Shown: piece after piece, positions 1 through 9,637 of the stretch
How the letters are laid out: each line of letters begins with the position of its first letter
How positions within the stretch are numbered: position 1 is the first letter of the stretch
Source of the DNA: Verrucomicrobiales bacterium
GTDB taxonomy: Bacteria; Verrucomicrobiota; Verrucomicrobiia; Verrucomicrobiales; DEV007
NCBI GenBank assembly: GCA_002698785.1
Contig: PAAG01000002.1
Span: 22,601-86,600, forward strand
DNA length: 64,000 nt
Reading direction: 5' to 3'
The notes under the pieces: model-generated
Databases searched by the model: none
Seen by the model: the letters and a program-made list of their open reading frames with translations, nothing else
What the model was told of the DNA's origin: nothing
Translations under genes and position numbers: made by a program

Positions 1-68
1 ACATCAAGACAAGCATTTGGATTCGAATCTGCGATACACAGTGCGTCCACAACATCACAACCCAACGA

Positions 69-1799
69 ATGAAAAAACTAATCATCACAGTGATTTCTGC
101 TTCCTTGATGCCCGGAGTTGTTCTGGCCCAGGGAAACTCAAATCCCAGATTGAATGCTGCCCCCCAAGCACAGGGGCAAGGAAACCAGAACAACTCGCAG
201 CAGCGTGAGCGCGAGAAAGCGCAGCGCGAACGTGAACGCGAAAGAATGCAGGCCCAGCGCCAGCGCGAACGTGCTCAGGCACAAGCACAGACAGAAACAC
301 CTGCCGCACCAACAGGCACTTCCGCAGTAGAGCAAATGCGCGAAACTGGTGCAGATCGAGTTGAGACAGCTCAAGAGAATGCAGCTGAAATGCGTGAGCA
401 AGCTGCTGAGCGTGTCGAGGCTGCTCAAGAAGCAACTGCACCTGTGAACGAAGAAGCGCAATCTCGCGTCGCTGAAGCACAAGAGAACGCAGAAGAAATG
501 CGCGAACAAGCCGCCGAACGCGTTGAGACAGCACAAGAAGGTGCCGCAGAAATGCGAGAAGAAACAGCCGAGTCCGCAACAGCTCGAGTCGAAGCCAACA
601 CAGAAGCAGAGATGAGCGCTGAAGAACGTGCTCTTGCCGCGCAACAAAGAGTAGAACAGATGAAAGCCGGAGAAGAAGTAAGCACTTCTGCTGCGGCAGA
701 ATCACAGACGTCTACAGAAGAAAACGTAAATCCTCGCATGACTGTCACGGACTCCAACGAAGCCGAGACCACAACCACAGCCAAGACTACTGCCGAAACC
801 GATGCCAAAGTGGCAGCAAATGCTGAAGCCAAGGCAAAACAGCGTGAACAGCGCAAGAAAGCTGCAGCGAAAATGGATAGAGAGACCAGACAGGTGCTCG
901 AAGACAACGCGAGACGCCGCGATCGATCAGAAGACCGTCAGCGTGCGGAGCGCATCGACGACGATGACGACGCAGAAAACCTCATCTACTCCATCCTCGG
1001 CGGGGCTGCCGCTGGGGCAATCGCGGGAAACCTTGCCTCCAGAGACCGTTACCCACAGCGCCTTCCTTCGGATCAGGTTGGGCGTTCCGACCGTGATCGA
1101 AGAGATTCCGTTGCCTATCTCAAGCGTCGCTTCCGCGGAGATGCCGACTGGAACGACGCACCTCCAGGATACTACGGCTACGATGACCGCCGCGGTCACG
1201 ACGGTCGCCATCACCGCCACCCACACTACTTCGAGGGCAACCGCCGGGTAGTCTGGTACGACAATCGCAATTCGATTCCTCCAATTCTTCTCGCATCGAA
1301 TCGCCTGAATCGAGTGCAGATGTATTCCTATCAGGATAGCCCGTATCGACGTAATCAGGCTGAAGTCGATCAGACCTATTACAACAATATCCCGGACGGG
1401 TATCAGAGCGAAGGCTCATACGCAGTCTCCTACGAGGTCGATCCGGAGTCTATCGTCTCCAGAGATGACATCTTGTTTCAGCAGGGATCTACGGCATTCG
1501 CAGACGCCTACTCGTTCGACATCGTTACGGACTTGGCGGAAGCAATGAATTCCTCGGAGCTTCAGAGCGAAAACTTCATCGTCGAAGGACATGCCTCATC
1601 AGAAGGCGACTACAGTTCAAATCTGAGGCTCTCTCAAGAGCGTGCTGAAAGGATCGCTCGCGACCTTGTCGATATGGGAGTCAATCCTGATCGCCTCATC
1701 CCCGTGGGATACGGGGAAACAGAAGCGCAGTATCCGGCCGACGCAGCAGAGAACCTACGTTCTCTCGACCGCCGAGTAATGGTATTCCGCGCGGAATAA
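69..1799 (+). CDS. OmpA-family protein with signal peptide and long Glu/Ala/Gln/Arg-rich repetitive region
   Basis: N-terminal hydrophobic signal (MKKLIITVISASLMPGVVLA). C-terminal OmpA-like peptidoglycan-binding block (FIVEGHASSEGDYSSNLRLSQERAERIARDLV...DRRVMVFRAE). The central part is repetitive (AQENAAEMREQAAERVE variants). Confidence 0.8.
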   Translation: MKKLIITVISASLMPGVVLAQGNSNPRLNAAPQAQGQGNQNNSQQREREKAQRERERERMQAQRQRERAQAQAQTETPAAPTGTSAVEQMRETGADRVETAQENAAEMREQAAERVEAAQEATAPVNEEAQSRVAEAQENAEEMREQAAERVETAQEGAAEMREETAESATARVEANTEAEMSAEERALAAQQRVEQMKAGEEVSTSAAAESQTSTEENVNPRMTVTDSNEAETTTTAKTTAETDAKVAANAEAKAKQREQRKKAAAKMDRETRQVLEDNARRRDRSEDRQRAERIDDDDDAENLIYSILGGAAAGAIAGNLASRDRYPQRLPSDQVGRSDRDRRDSVAYLKRRFRGDADWNDAPPGYYGYDDRRGHDGRHHRHPHYFEGNRRVVWYDNRNSIPPILLASNRLNRVQMYSYQDSPYRRNQAEVDQTYYNNIPDGYQSEGSYAVSYEVDPESIVSRDDILFQQGSTAFADAYSFDIVTDLAEAMNSSELQSENFIVEGHASSEGDYSSNLRLSQERAERIARDLVDMGVNPDRLIPVGYGETEAQYPADAAENLRSLDRRVMVFRAE

Positions 1800-1834
1800 G
1801 CACTTTCTAACACAACAACAGCAAAACAACGAGT

Positions 1835-1873
1835 CCTCCCCTCACGCCCAGCGTGTTGGGGAGGTTTCATTTT
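1835..1873 (+). terminator. Rho-independent terminator candidate after the OmpA-family gene
   Basis: Stem CCTCCCC (1835-1841) pairs with GGGGAGG (1858-1864) and is followed by TTTCATTTT. Confidence 0.6.
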
Positions 1874-2039
1874 CAGGGAGCAGCCCTCTCAAGTTCCCAT
1901 GTCTCATTTCCGGAAAATACGATCTCACGAAAGACTTCCCTCATCCGTTCCGTAGGGGGCTAGGTGCATCTTCAAGTGGCGGTGTCCTTTTCCGGCGCTC
2001 GCCATCATCGGAAACCTGGCATATAGTTAACTTTTCTTA

Positions 2040-4307
2040 ATGACTGACGACAATCCGGATTCCTTTACCCCGGGTCCATTCGAATCGCTCTCAGCGAAGA
2101 CTCCCCGGAAATCGAGCAAGAAACGCCGCGGCAAACGACGTGGCGGCTGGTTCAAACGTCTCTTTTTCTTTTGCTTCTTCCTTGGCCTAGCAGCGGCGTT
2201 GGGTGGCTCCATTTACTATTGGTTCCGTGCTCTAAAGTTCGAACTCTCTGCCATCGAGGAAGTTCCCCAGCGAACTCTCGTTTTTGACCGAAAGGGAAAA
2301 ATCCTCGGCCACGTCTCTGGCCACGGTGAAAACCGAATCGTCGTCAAAGCCTCCGACGTTTCAGAGAATTTTATAAACGCGCTTCTTGCTCGTGAAGACA
2401 TGCGTTTCTACGAACATGGCGGAGTGGACTACCAAGGCGTCGTCCGCGCCATGATCGCTAACTTCAAATCAGGGAATTTCGACCAAGGCGCATCGACTCT
2501 TACGATGCAGCTGGCGAGAAACTCCTTCACGCTTCACGAGAAGTCCATCGACCGGAAACTCCTCGAAGTAGCAATCGCCCGCCGCATTGAGGCAAAGTAT
2601 GACAAAGACGAGATCCTGGGTTTTTACATGAACCGAATCTACTTTGGGTCCGGCCTCTACGGTATCGAGCGGGCTTCCGAAGGCTTCTTCATGAAACCCG
2701 CATCTCAACTCACTCCCGGTGAAGGTGCCATGCTCGCGGGAATCATCCGTGGTCCCAGCCTCCTGAATCCATTCCGCAATCTCGAAGACGCCAAGGCGAC
2801 CAGGGACGAAGTGCTGGAGCGTATGTTGGCAGAGGAAATGATCACTCCACAGGAAATGGAGGCTGCTAAATCCGCAGAAATCTCCTTGCGCCCTCCAGAC
2901 AAGCGACTTGCCACAGGTTCTTACGTCCTCCAAACCGTCTACGATCTACTCGCCGATTACCTGGAGCCGGAACAAATCGAGATTGGGGGCTTGAAGATCT
3001 TCACCACGATTGATCCGGTTCTTCAGGAGACAGCGGAGAAATCCCTCGACTCTCACCTGACCAGTATTGAATCACGGTCAGGCTACAAGCATCCCCGGAA
3101 GAGCACACACAAAAAGGGCGAAGCGACCAAATACCTCCAAGGTTCCGTAGTATCCCTCGATAACTCCACCGGAGGAATCCTCGCTCTCGTTGGCGGACGT
3201 GATTTTGGAGATAGCTCTTTCAATCGCGCGTATCAGGCCCGCCGTCAGGTCGGCTCAACCTTCAAGCCATTCGTCTACGCCACCGCCTTTGAGAAATCCG
3301 GGCTTCTCCCCGGAGCATACGTCAGTGACAATCAGATTCGAATCCGCCACAATGGAGGCCCAGTCTGGTCCCCGGGTAACAGCGATGGAACCTTCACTGG
3401 ACTTCAACCCGCAGCCATCGGCCTCATCCGATCTCGAAATACGATGTCCGTAAGGGTCGGTCAAATCGCCGGGCTGGATAACGTTCGCGCCATGGCAAAC
3501 CAACTGAAGCTTGGGGAAACTCCAGATTCCCCCGTTCTCTTCCTGGGCGCATTTGAAACAAGCAACTACGCGATCACCAGTGCCTATTCGACGTTTGCAG
3601 CAAAAGGAGTGAACTACCCACCATTTCTGATCGGGAAAATCGAAGACGCTGAAGGAAAGACCCTCTATCGCCAGGAACTCCATGGCGACCGTATTATTCG
3701 CGAGTCGGTGAGTTGGATTACCACAGATATCCTCGGCAAAGTCATGGACAGCGGAACCGGAAAATCCGCACGCTCGCAGGGATACACCGCCCCCGCCTAC
3801 GGAAAGACAGGAACCACGAATGACTATCACGATGCTTGGTTTGTAGGCTACACCGACAAAGTCACCACTGGGGTTTGGGTTGGCCTCGACCGGCCTCAGA
3901 AAATCATGGACCGCGGATACGGATCAACTCTGGCGTTACCTGTTTGGACTGAGGTCATGAAAGCCGCCGAATCTTCCGGCCTCCAGGCCGAAGCCATTCC
4001 CGCTCCCCCTGGCACTACTCCTACTGTCCTTTGCCGAGAGTGTGGATTGCTTCAGGGTAGCGGAAACCGCACTCTCTATCCCTATCAGATGAATCTTCCG
4101 CCCGACCTCAAGCCGCGAGGAACCTGTCGAGGCCATGGTGGAGGTCTCTTTACCAACAGAAACCGCGAGCCTCAGGCATTCCAAATTTCGGGCGAACTTC
4201 CCGCGGGCGGGTATCCGCAGGGCAACCCGCCTCCCCCACCGGGAGAAAGCGGGATTGGGAAAGCCTTGCGAGGGCTTGGAAAATTCATTTTCGGAGGTGG
4301 TCGATAA
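2040..4307 (+). CDS. Class A penicillin-binding protein (glycosyltransferase GT51 + transpeptidase)
   Basis: N-terminal TM helix. GT51 motifs: REDMRFYEHGGVD, GASTLTMQLARN, RKLLEVAIARRIEAKYDKDEILGFYMNRIYFG. Transpeptidase motifs: STFKPFVY (SxxK), SRN, KTGTT. Confidence 0.92.
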   Translation: MTDDNPDSFTPGPFESLSAKTPRKSSKKRRGKRRGGWFKRLFFFCFFLGLAAALGGSIYYWFRALKFELSAIEEVPQRTLVFDRKGKILGHVSGHGENRIVVKASDVSENFINALLAREDMRFYEHGGVDYQGVVRAMIANFKSGNFDQGASTLTMQLARNSFTLHEKSIDRKLLEVAIARRIEAKYDKDEILGFYMNRIYFGSGLYGIERASEGFFMKPASQLTPGEGAMLAGIIRGPSLLNPFRNLEDAKATRDEVLERMLAEEMITPQEMEAAKSAEISLRPPDKRLATGSYVLQTVYDLLADYLEPEQIEIGGLKIFTTIDPVLQETAEKSLDSHLTSIESRSGYKHPRKSTHKKGEATKYLQGSVVSLDNSTGGILALVGGRDFGDSSFNRAYQARRQVGSTFKPFVYATAFEKSGLLPGAYVSDNQIRIRHNGGPVWSPGNSDGTFTGLQPAAIGLIRSRNTMSVRVGQIAGLDNVRAMANQLKLGETPDSPVLFLGAFETSNYAITSAYSTFAAKGVNYPPFLIGKIEDAEGKTLYRQELHGDRIIRESVSWITTDILGKVMDSGTGKSARSQGYTAPAYGKTGTTNDYHDAWFVGYTDKVTTGVWVGLDRPQKIMDRGYGSTLALPVWTEVMKAAESSGLQAEAIPAPPGTTPTVLCRECGLLQGSGNRTLYPYQMNLPPDLKPRGTCRGHGGGLFTNRNREPQAFQISGELPAGGYPQGNPPPPPGESGIGKALRGLGKFIFGGGR

Positions 4308-4418
4308 TCGAGAGACAAATCCCGGTTGTGTCTTTTAATTCTCATTGCATCCGCAATTCCGTATTTCCATGGGAATGAATTCGATGTAGTATTGTGTCGA
4401 ATTTGGCAAACCTCCGCA

Positions 4419-5243
4419 ATGAGTACAAAAAAAGACGGCTTTTTCAGCCTCGTCCCCGACGACTCCCCCCACGAAGTTGAGGGAGACAGGGAAGTCATGC
4501 TTCCCGGCATGTCTCTCGAAATACTCGCCACCCGAAAGATTCACCTCAGAAAGTGGAATCTCGAAAACCTCATCGATCCCTACTGGCGCCTTTACTGTCC
4601 CGTTGAGGGCAGCGCAGTCGTCACATACAAAGAGAACGATTTCACATTGGAACCGGGAAACATTTATCTCATTCCACCACGAACGATGTTCAGCTCGCAA
4701 AACCCTGAGCCGTTTTCGAAGTGGTATGTGCACTTTGTTCTTGGCAGATCGGATTTGCTTTCTGTGCCCGGAATCTATTCCCAGCCTGTCGACGATATCG
4801 CCAGCCAGTATCTTGATACCCTCGCAAAGGCAGGCGGAGAACCTTACAATTGGGAATCTGCTTTGTTGGTAATCTACTCACTCACTAAACTACCAAACGA
4901 AGCCTGGACCGACCAGACTCTTGACCGCAGGGTAGAAAAGGCGATGGAGTTCCTCCAGTCGAACTTGTCACGTAAAATAAATGCCGACGACGCAGCCCGT
5001 GCCGCCGGGGTTTCCGTGAGAAATCTGAATCATCTTTTCCGTTCACAGGTCCGCATGGCACCCATGAGCGTGCTGTTGAACTACCGCCTCGACCGAGCCT
5101 GCCACCTCTTGCGACACACCGACCAGTCCATCGAACAGGTCGCGGAAAACTGCGGATTCCCCAATCGCTATTATTTTAGCCGTATGTTAAAGCAACATCG
5201 CGGCATCTCTCCCGCCGCGTATCGCAAAGGCCAACTCTACTGA
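4419..5243 (+). CDS. AraC-family transcriptional regulator
   Basis: C-terminal AraC HTH (AENCGFPNRYYFSRMLKQHRGISPAAYR). The start is placed at the internal ATG (MSTKKDG); the longer ORF from 4326 is less likely. Confidence 0.8.
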   Translation: MSTKKDGFFSLVPDDSPHEVEGDREVMLPGMSLEILATRKIHLRKWNLENLIDPYWRLYCPVEGSAVVTYKENDFTLEPGNIYLIPPRTMFSSQNPEPFSKWYVHFVLGRSDLLSVPGIYSQPVDDIASQYLDTLAKAGGEPYNWESALLVIYSLTKLPNEAWTDQTLDRRVEKAMEFLQSNLSRKINADDAARAAGVSVRNLNHLFRSQVRMAPMSVLLNYRLDRACHLLRHTDQSIEQVAENCGFPNRYYFSRMLKQHRGISPAAYRKGQLY

Positions 5244-5244
5244 T

Positions 5245-5997
5245 ATGCCAGTCGACCCCGCAATCGAAGACCGGATCCGCATGTGCGAACGGCCTTCTGG
5301 CCGGGTCGCGATGCACCAGAACTGGCGCGACCTTCTCTTCGCCCATTGGAAGCTGGAACCGGAAGCAATACAGGCCACCCTACCTCCCGGACTGTATGTA
5401 GACACCTATGACGGATCGGCTTGGCTGGGACTGGTGCCTTTCCTGATGCGGGATATTCGCCCGCCAAAGTTGTTCGCTGTTCCACCCATTTCGAATTTCC
5501 TCGAGATGAATGTCAGGACCTACGTTTACGACGAACAGGGTCGTCCCGGAGTCTGGTTCTACTCTCTGGATGCAAACAACCCACTGGCCGTTTTCGTCGC
5601 GCAGAAATTCTTTCACCTCCCATACCTCTGGGCGGATATGTCTGAAAAGCGGAGCAACGGGAACATCCACTACAGCTGCCACCGAAAGAAAACCCCAGCC
5701 GACGAAGTCACTGAGATCGAGTATTCCGGTACCCGAGAACTCTCACCCCCAGAGCCGGGAAGCTTCGAATACTTTCTCGTAGAGCGTTACCTCCTTTATA
5801 CCTGGATCAAGAAATCGCAGCGTCTCTTCACTGGTAGGGTCTATCACACTCCCTACCCTGTCTACGAGGCAGAGGTCGGCTCAATGAAAACCGCTGTGCT
5901 GGACCAGGCAGGTTTTCCGATGGGAGACAGGAGTCCCGATCACGTAATCTTCTCGCCAGGAGTCGATGTTGATCTGTATTCTCTGGAACCCGCTTGA
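5245..5997 (+). CDS. DUF2071 (YqjF-like) family protein
   Basis: WRDLLFAHWKLEPEAIQATLPPGLYVDTYDGSAWLGLVPFLMRDIRP matches my memory of the DUF2071 N-terminal signature. It starts 1 nt after the AraC stop. Confidence 0.6.
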   Translation: MPVDPAIEDRIRMCERPSGRVAMHQNWRDLLFAHWKLEPEAIQATLPPGLYVDTYDGSAWLGLVPFLMRDIRPPKLFAVPPISNFLEMNVRTYVYDEQGRPGVWFYSLDANNPLAVFVAQKFFHLPYLWADMSEKRSNGNIHYSCHRKKTPADEVTEIEYSGTRELSPPEPGSFEYFLVERYLLYTWIKKSQRLFTGRVYHTPYPVYEAEVGSMKTAVLDQAGFPMGDRSPDHVIFSPGVDVDLYSLEPA

Positions 5998-6707
5998 TGG
6001 ACCTGCAGTCATTCTCACCGTTCTCTCTCGTTCACATCGTCACGCTTGCTGCGTGCCTGCTCATCGCAGTCGCCACTACCCTGGCTGGGGTCCGCAGACT
6101 CAGATATCCGAGAAAGCTGCGGCTGCTGCGCAGAATGATTGTTCTTGGCTGTGTATCTGTCTGGCTCCTCAATACTTCGTTCTGGCTTCACCCAAATTAC
6201 TTCCGCTGGGAAGGCGCTCTTCCACTTCAATTTTGTAATCTGGCAAATCTCATCGGTGCTTTGGCGGTAGCTCGAAAAATACGAGTCGCTCAGTCAGTCC
6301 TCTACTTCTGGTCGTTCGCCCTATGCATCTGGGCGTTCCTCACTCCATCCCTTGACCAGGGACCTGCACGCATCGGATTCTGGATCTTCTGGGCATATCA
6401 CCTTTTCATCCTTATCTCCGTGCTGTTCGTACTGACGGTTGATCGATTTCGTCCCGCTTGGCGAGACTGCTTTTCAGCAATCGGCATCACCCTTTCTTAC
6501 ATGGCGCTCCTGGCAATCATCAACCACTTCACAGGTTGGAACTACGGATTTGTCGGCGCTGGTTCTCCCATTCATCCCAGTCCTGTCGACGCCCTCGGTC
6601 CTTACCCGTTACGCCTCGTCTGGATGGCACTCATCGGATCAGCCATCTTTATCATTCTCCTCCTTCCCTGGCTGCGATCGCATCGTTTTTCCCTTTCCGA
6701 AACGTAG
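5997..6707 (+). CDS. Polytopic membrane protein (TIGR02206/YwaF-like?)
   Basis: About 6-7 hydrophobic helices and an LPLQFCNLANL motif recalled from YwaF-type proteins. The ATG overlaps the upstream stop (TGATG). Confidence 0.5.
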   Translation: MDLQSFSPFSLVHIVTLAACLLIAVATTLAGVRRLRYPRKLRLLRRMIVLGCVSVWLLNTSFWLHPNYFRWEGALPLQFCNLANLIGALAVARKIRVAQSVLYFWSFALCIWAFLTPSLDQGPARIGFWIFWAYHLFILISVLFVLTVDRFRPAWRDCFSAIGITLSYMALLAIINHFTGWNYGFVGAGSPIHPSPVDALGPYPLRLVWMALIGSAIFIILLLPWLRSHRFSLSET

Positions 6708-6754
6708 CGTTGAATGGTATAGACCAGCCTCAAAAAAACTACCCCAACCTGCAA

Positions 6755-8104
6755 ATGACCGACGCGGAAGCAAAAGAACTGGAGACCTTCATGAATGGTC
6801 TTGAAAAACGCAACGAATACGAAGCGGAATTCCTCCAGGCAGTTGAAGAAGTCGCAACGTCAATCATGCCCTGGTACCTTCAGCACGACAGATACCGGGA
6901 TGCACAGATTCTTGAGCGAATCACAGAGCCTGACCGAATCATCATCTTCCGCGTTACATGGGAAACTGACAAAGGCGAGATTCGAGCCAACCGCGCATGG
7001 CGTGTCCAGTTCAATCACGCACTCGGCCCTTACAAAGGCGGACTGAGATTTCACCCCTCCGTAAACCAGAGCATTCTCAAGTTTCTCGGCTTCGAACAGA
7101 TCTTCAAAAACAGCCTAACCGGCCTGCCAATGGGCGGAGCAAAAGGTGGCTCCAACTTCAACCCAAAAGGAAAGAGCGATCGTGAAGTCATGAGGTTCTG
7201 TCACTCCATGATGACCGAACTGCACCGACATATCGGCGAAGACATCGATGTCCCGGCCGGAGACATCGGAGTTGGCAGTCGTGAGATCAGCTACCTCTTC
7301 GGTCAATACATGCGGTTGGAAAACCGCTGGTCCGGCGTCCTGACCGGGAAGGGACAGTCCTTTGGCGGCAGCGCAGTCCGTACCGAGGCTACCGGATGGG
7401 GATGCGTCTACTTTTGCGAACGTATGCTGAACCATCACTCTGAGTGTCTTTCCGATAAACGTGTCTCCGTCAGCGGCAGCGGAAACGTCGCTCTCTACGC
7501 AGCCCAGAAGCTCATTGAGAAAGGAGCAAAGGTCATCACATTGAGTGATTCCAGCGGCATGATCTACATCAAAGATGGTCTCTCCATGGAACAATGGGAA
7601 GACATCCGGGATCTCAAAGAAGGCAGTCGTGGACGCCTCAGCGAATACGAAAGCACCGGTATCGAATACCACGACGGGAAAGAGCCCTGGGACATTCCCT
7701 GTGACATCGCGATGCCCTGTGCCACGCAGAACGAAATCGATCGCGAAGAAGCCGAAGCGCTCGTAAAGAATGGCGTTCTCGCAGTATGCGAAGGTGCTAA
7801 CATGCCGACCACTGTAGGGGCGATTGAAGTCTTCAAAGAGAACTACATACTGCACGCACCCGGCAAGGCATCCAACGCAGGCGGCGTGGCAGTAAGTGGT
7901 CTCGAACAGAGTCAGAACGCGATGCGAATCAGTTGGGATCGTGAAGAAGTGGATAGCCGCCTTCAGGAAATCATGAAGCGAATCCACCAACGTTGCGTAG
8001 ACGAAGGACAGACCTCAAACTCCCATGTAGATTACATCGATGGATCGAATATTGGAGGCTTTAAAAAGGTCGCCGAGGCCATGCTCTCCTACGGTGCCGT
8101 CTGA
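6755..8104 (+). CDS. gdhA: NADP-specific glutamate dehydrogenase
   Basis: Full-length GDH similarity (EFLQAVEEV, RVQFNHALGPYKGGLRFHP, PMGGAKGGSNFNPKGKS, GSGNVALYAAQK). The start is set at ATG 6755, giving 449 aa. The upstream part of the tracked ORF overlaps the membrane gene. Confidence 0.95.
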   Translation: MTDAEAKELETFMNGLEKRNEYEAEFLQAVEEVATSIMPWYLQHDRYRDAQILERITEPDRIIIFRVTWETDKGEIRANRAWRVQFNHALGPYKGGLRFHPSVNQSILKFLGFEQIFKNSLTGLPMGGAKGGSNFNPKGKSDREVMRFCHSMMTELHRHIGEDIDVPAGDIGVGSREISYLFGQYMRLENRWSGVLTGKGQSFGGSAVRTEATGWGCVYFCERMLNHHSECLSDKRVSVSGSGNVALYAAQKLIEKGAKVITLSDSSGMIYIKDGLSMEQWEDIRDLKEGSRGRLSEYESTGIEYHDGKEPWDIPCDIAMPCATQNEIDREEAEALVKNGVLAVCEGANMPTTVGAIEVFKENYILHAPGKASNAGGVAVSGLEQSQNAMRISWDREEVDSRLQEIMKRIHQRCVDEGQTSNSHVDYIDGSNIGGFKKVAEAMLSYGAV

Positions 8105-8168
8105 TCTAAGGTCACAATATTGCCTTTGACAATCGGCCTCCACCTATCCAAATTTCCGCGTCCCCAAA

Positions 8169-9386
8169 ATGCCAACAACAGTCATCGTAGGAGCTGGCGG
8201 CGTAGGTAACGTCGTCGCTCAAAAGTGCGCCCAGGACGCCGAAACCTTCGGCGAGATCTGGCTGATTTCTCGTACTAAGGAAAAGTGCGACGCCATCGCT
8301 GCAGACATCAAAGAAGCGACGGGAGTCGAGATCAAAACAGCTGCCATCGATGCGGACAACGTGGCGGAGACAGCCGCTTTCCTGAAAGAGGTGAAGCCCG
8401 AGATTCTTTTGAACATCGCCCTTCCCTACCAGGACCTCACCTTGATGGAAGCGTGCCTCGAAGCAGGAGTTCACTACCTCGACACGGCAAACTACGAACC
8501 ACCCGAAGATCCGCATTTCGAATACAAATGGCAGTGGGAATACCAGGACCGCTTCAAAGACGCGGGCCTGACTGCGATTCTCGGATCTGGATTCGATCCG
8601 GGCGTAACAAATGTCTTTTGTGCCTACGCATTGAAACATTGGTTCAGCGAGATCAAGACCGTCGATATCATCGATGCCAACGCGGGTGATCACGGCCTTC
8701 CATTCGCGACCAACTTCAATCCCGAGATTAACATTCGTGAGATTACGGCAAACGGCCGTTACTGGGAGAAAGGAGAATGGAAAGAGATCCCCGCCCTCTC
8801 TGTCAGCGAAGATTTCGAGTTCCCTGACCCCGATGTCGGCACCAAGAGAATTTACCTTCTTTACCACGAAGAACTCGAGAGCCTCGCCAAGAATTTGCCC
8901 GGTCTAGAGCGCATTCGGTTCTGGATGACCTTCTCCGAAAAATACATCACTCACCTGCGAGTGTTGGAGAACGTCGGGATGACCTCGATTGAGCCAGTAA
9001 ATTTTGACGGTCAAGAGATTATCCCGTTGCAATTCCTGAAAAAAGTATTACCTGATCCGGCGTCACTCGGTCCCCTGACAAAAGGTAAAACCTGCATCGG
9101 TTGCCTGATTCAAGGAAAACTGAAAGAAAGTGGAGAACTGGCTACCAAGTTCATCTACAACGTATGTGATCACCAAGCGTGCTATCAAGAAGTGAAAAGC
9201 CAAGCTATCAGTTATACTGCTGGAGTTCCGGCCATGATCGGGGCGCGCCAACTTATGTCCGGAGCGTGGCTGCGACCGGGCGTATGGAATGTCGAGCAGC
9301 TAGACCCTGATCCTTTCATGGACGATCTCAATGCCTGGGGGCTGCCCTGGCACGTCCTTGAAGTGGATCGATCATTGTTACTGTAG
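8169..9386 (+). CDS. Saccharopine dehydrogenase-family carboxynorspermidine/carboxyspermidine dehydrogenase
   Basis: N-terminal Rossmann motif VIVGAGGVGNVV. It is about 405 aa and sits directly upstream of a carboxynorspermidine decarboxylase homologue. Confidence 0.8.
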   Translation: MPTTVIVGAGGVGNVVAQKCAQDAETFGEIWLISRTKEKCDAIAADIKEATGVEIKTAAIDADNVAETAAFLKEVKPEILLNIALPYQDLTLMEACLEAGVHYLDTANYEPPEDPHFEYKWQWEYQDRFKDAGLTAILGSGFDPGVTNVFCAYALKHWFSEIKTVDIIDANAGDHGLPFATNFNPEINIREITANGRYWEKGEWKEIPALSVSEDFEFPDPDVGTKRIYLLYHEELESLAKNLPGLERIRFWMTFSEKYITHLRVLENVGMTSIEPVNFDGQEIIPLQFLKKVLPDPASLGPLTKGKTCIGCLIQGKLKESGELATKFIYNVCDHQACYQEVKSQAISYTAGVPAMIGARQLMSGAWLRPGVWNVEQLDPDPFMDDLNAWGLPWHVLEVDRSLLL

Positions 9387-9637
9387 CGCAGAGCTGGGAA
9401 TCTTCTCCCGGCCTGCGCCTTCCTCGCCCCTGACCACCTAAAAAGGGCCAGCGTGATCTCGTTTTGCGTCATCAGACACAATCCCGTGTCGATGTTATAC
9501 ATATAATTACCAAAATTACTTTTACTTTCCCTTGTTTACCAATTTCATTAATGAGAAGCATAATTGAGTCTAAATCTCAAATTCAATACAACATCGCTAC
9601 GTCCGCAAAAGATTATCCGGTTAGCGACCTGCCGACC

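Noticed and set aside
6458-6754. Long N-terminal extension of the gdhA ORF, giving a 548-aa version
   Set aside because: The extension overlaps the membrane-protein gene in another frame and has no GDH similarity. GDH homology begins at ATG 6755.
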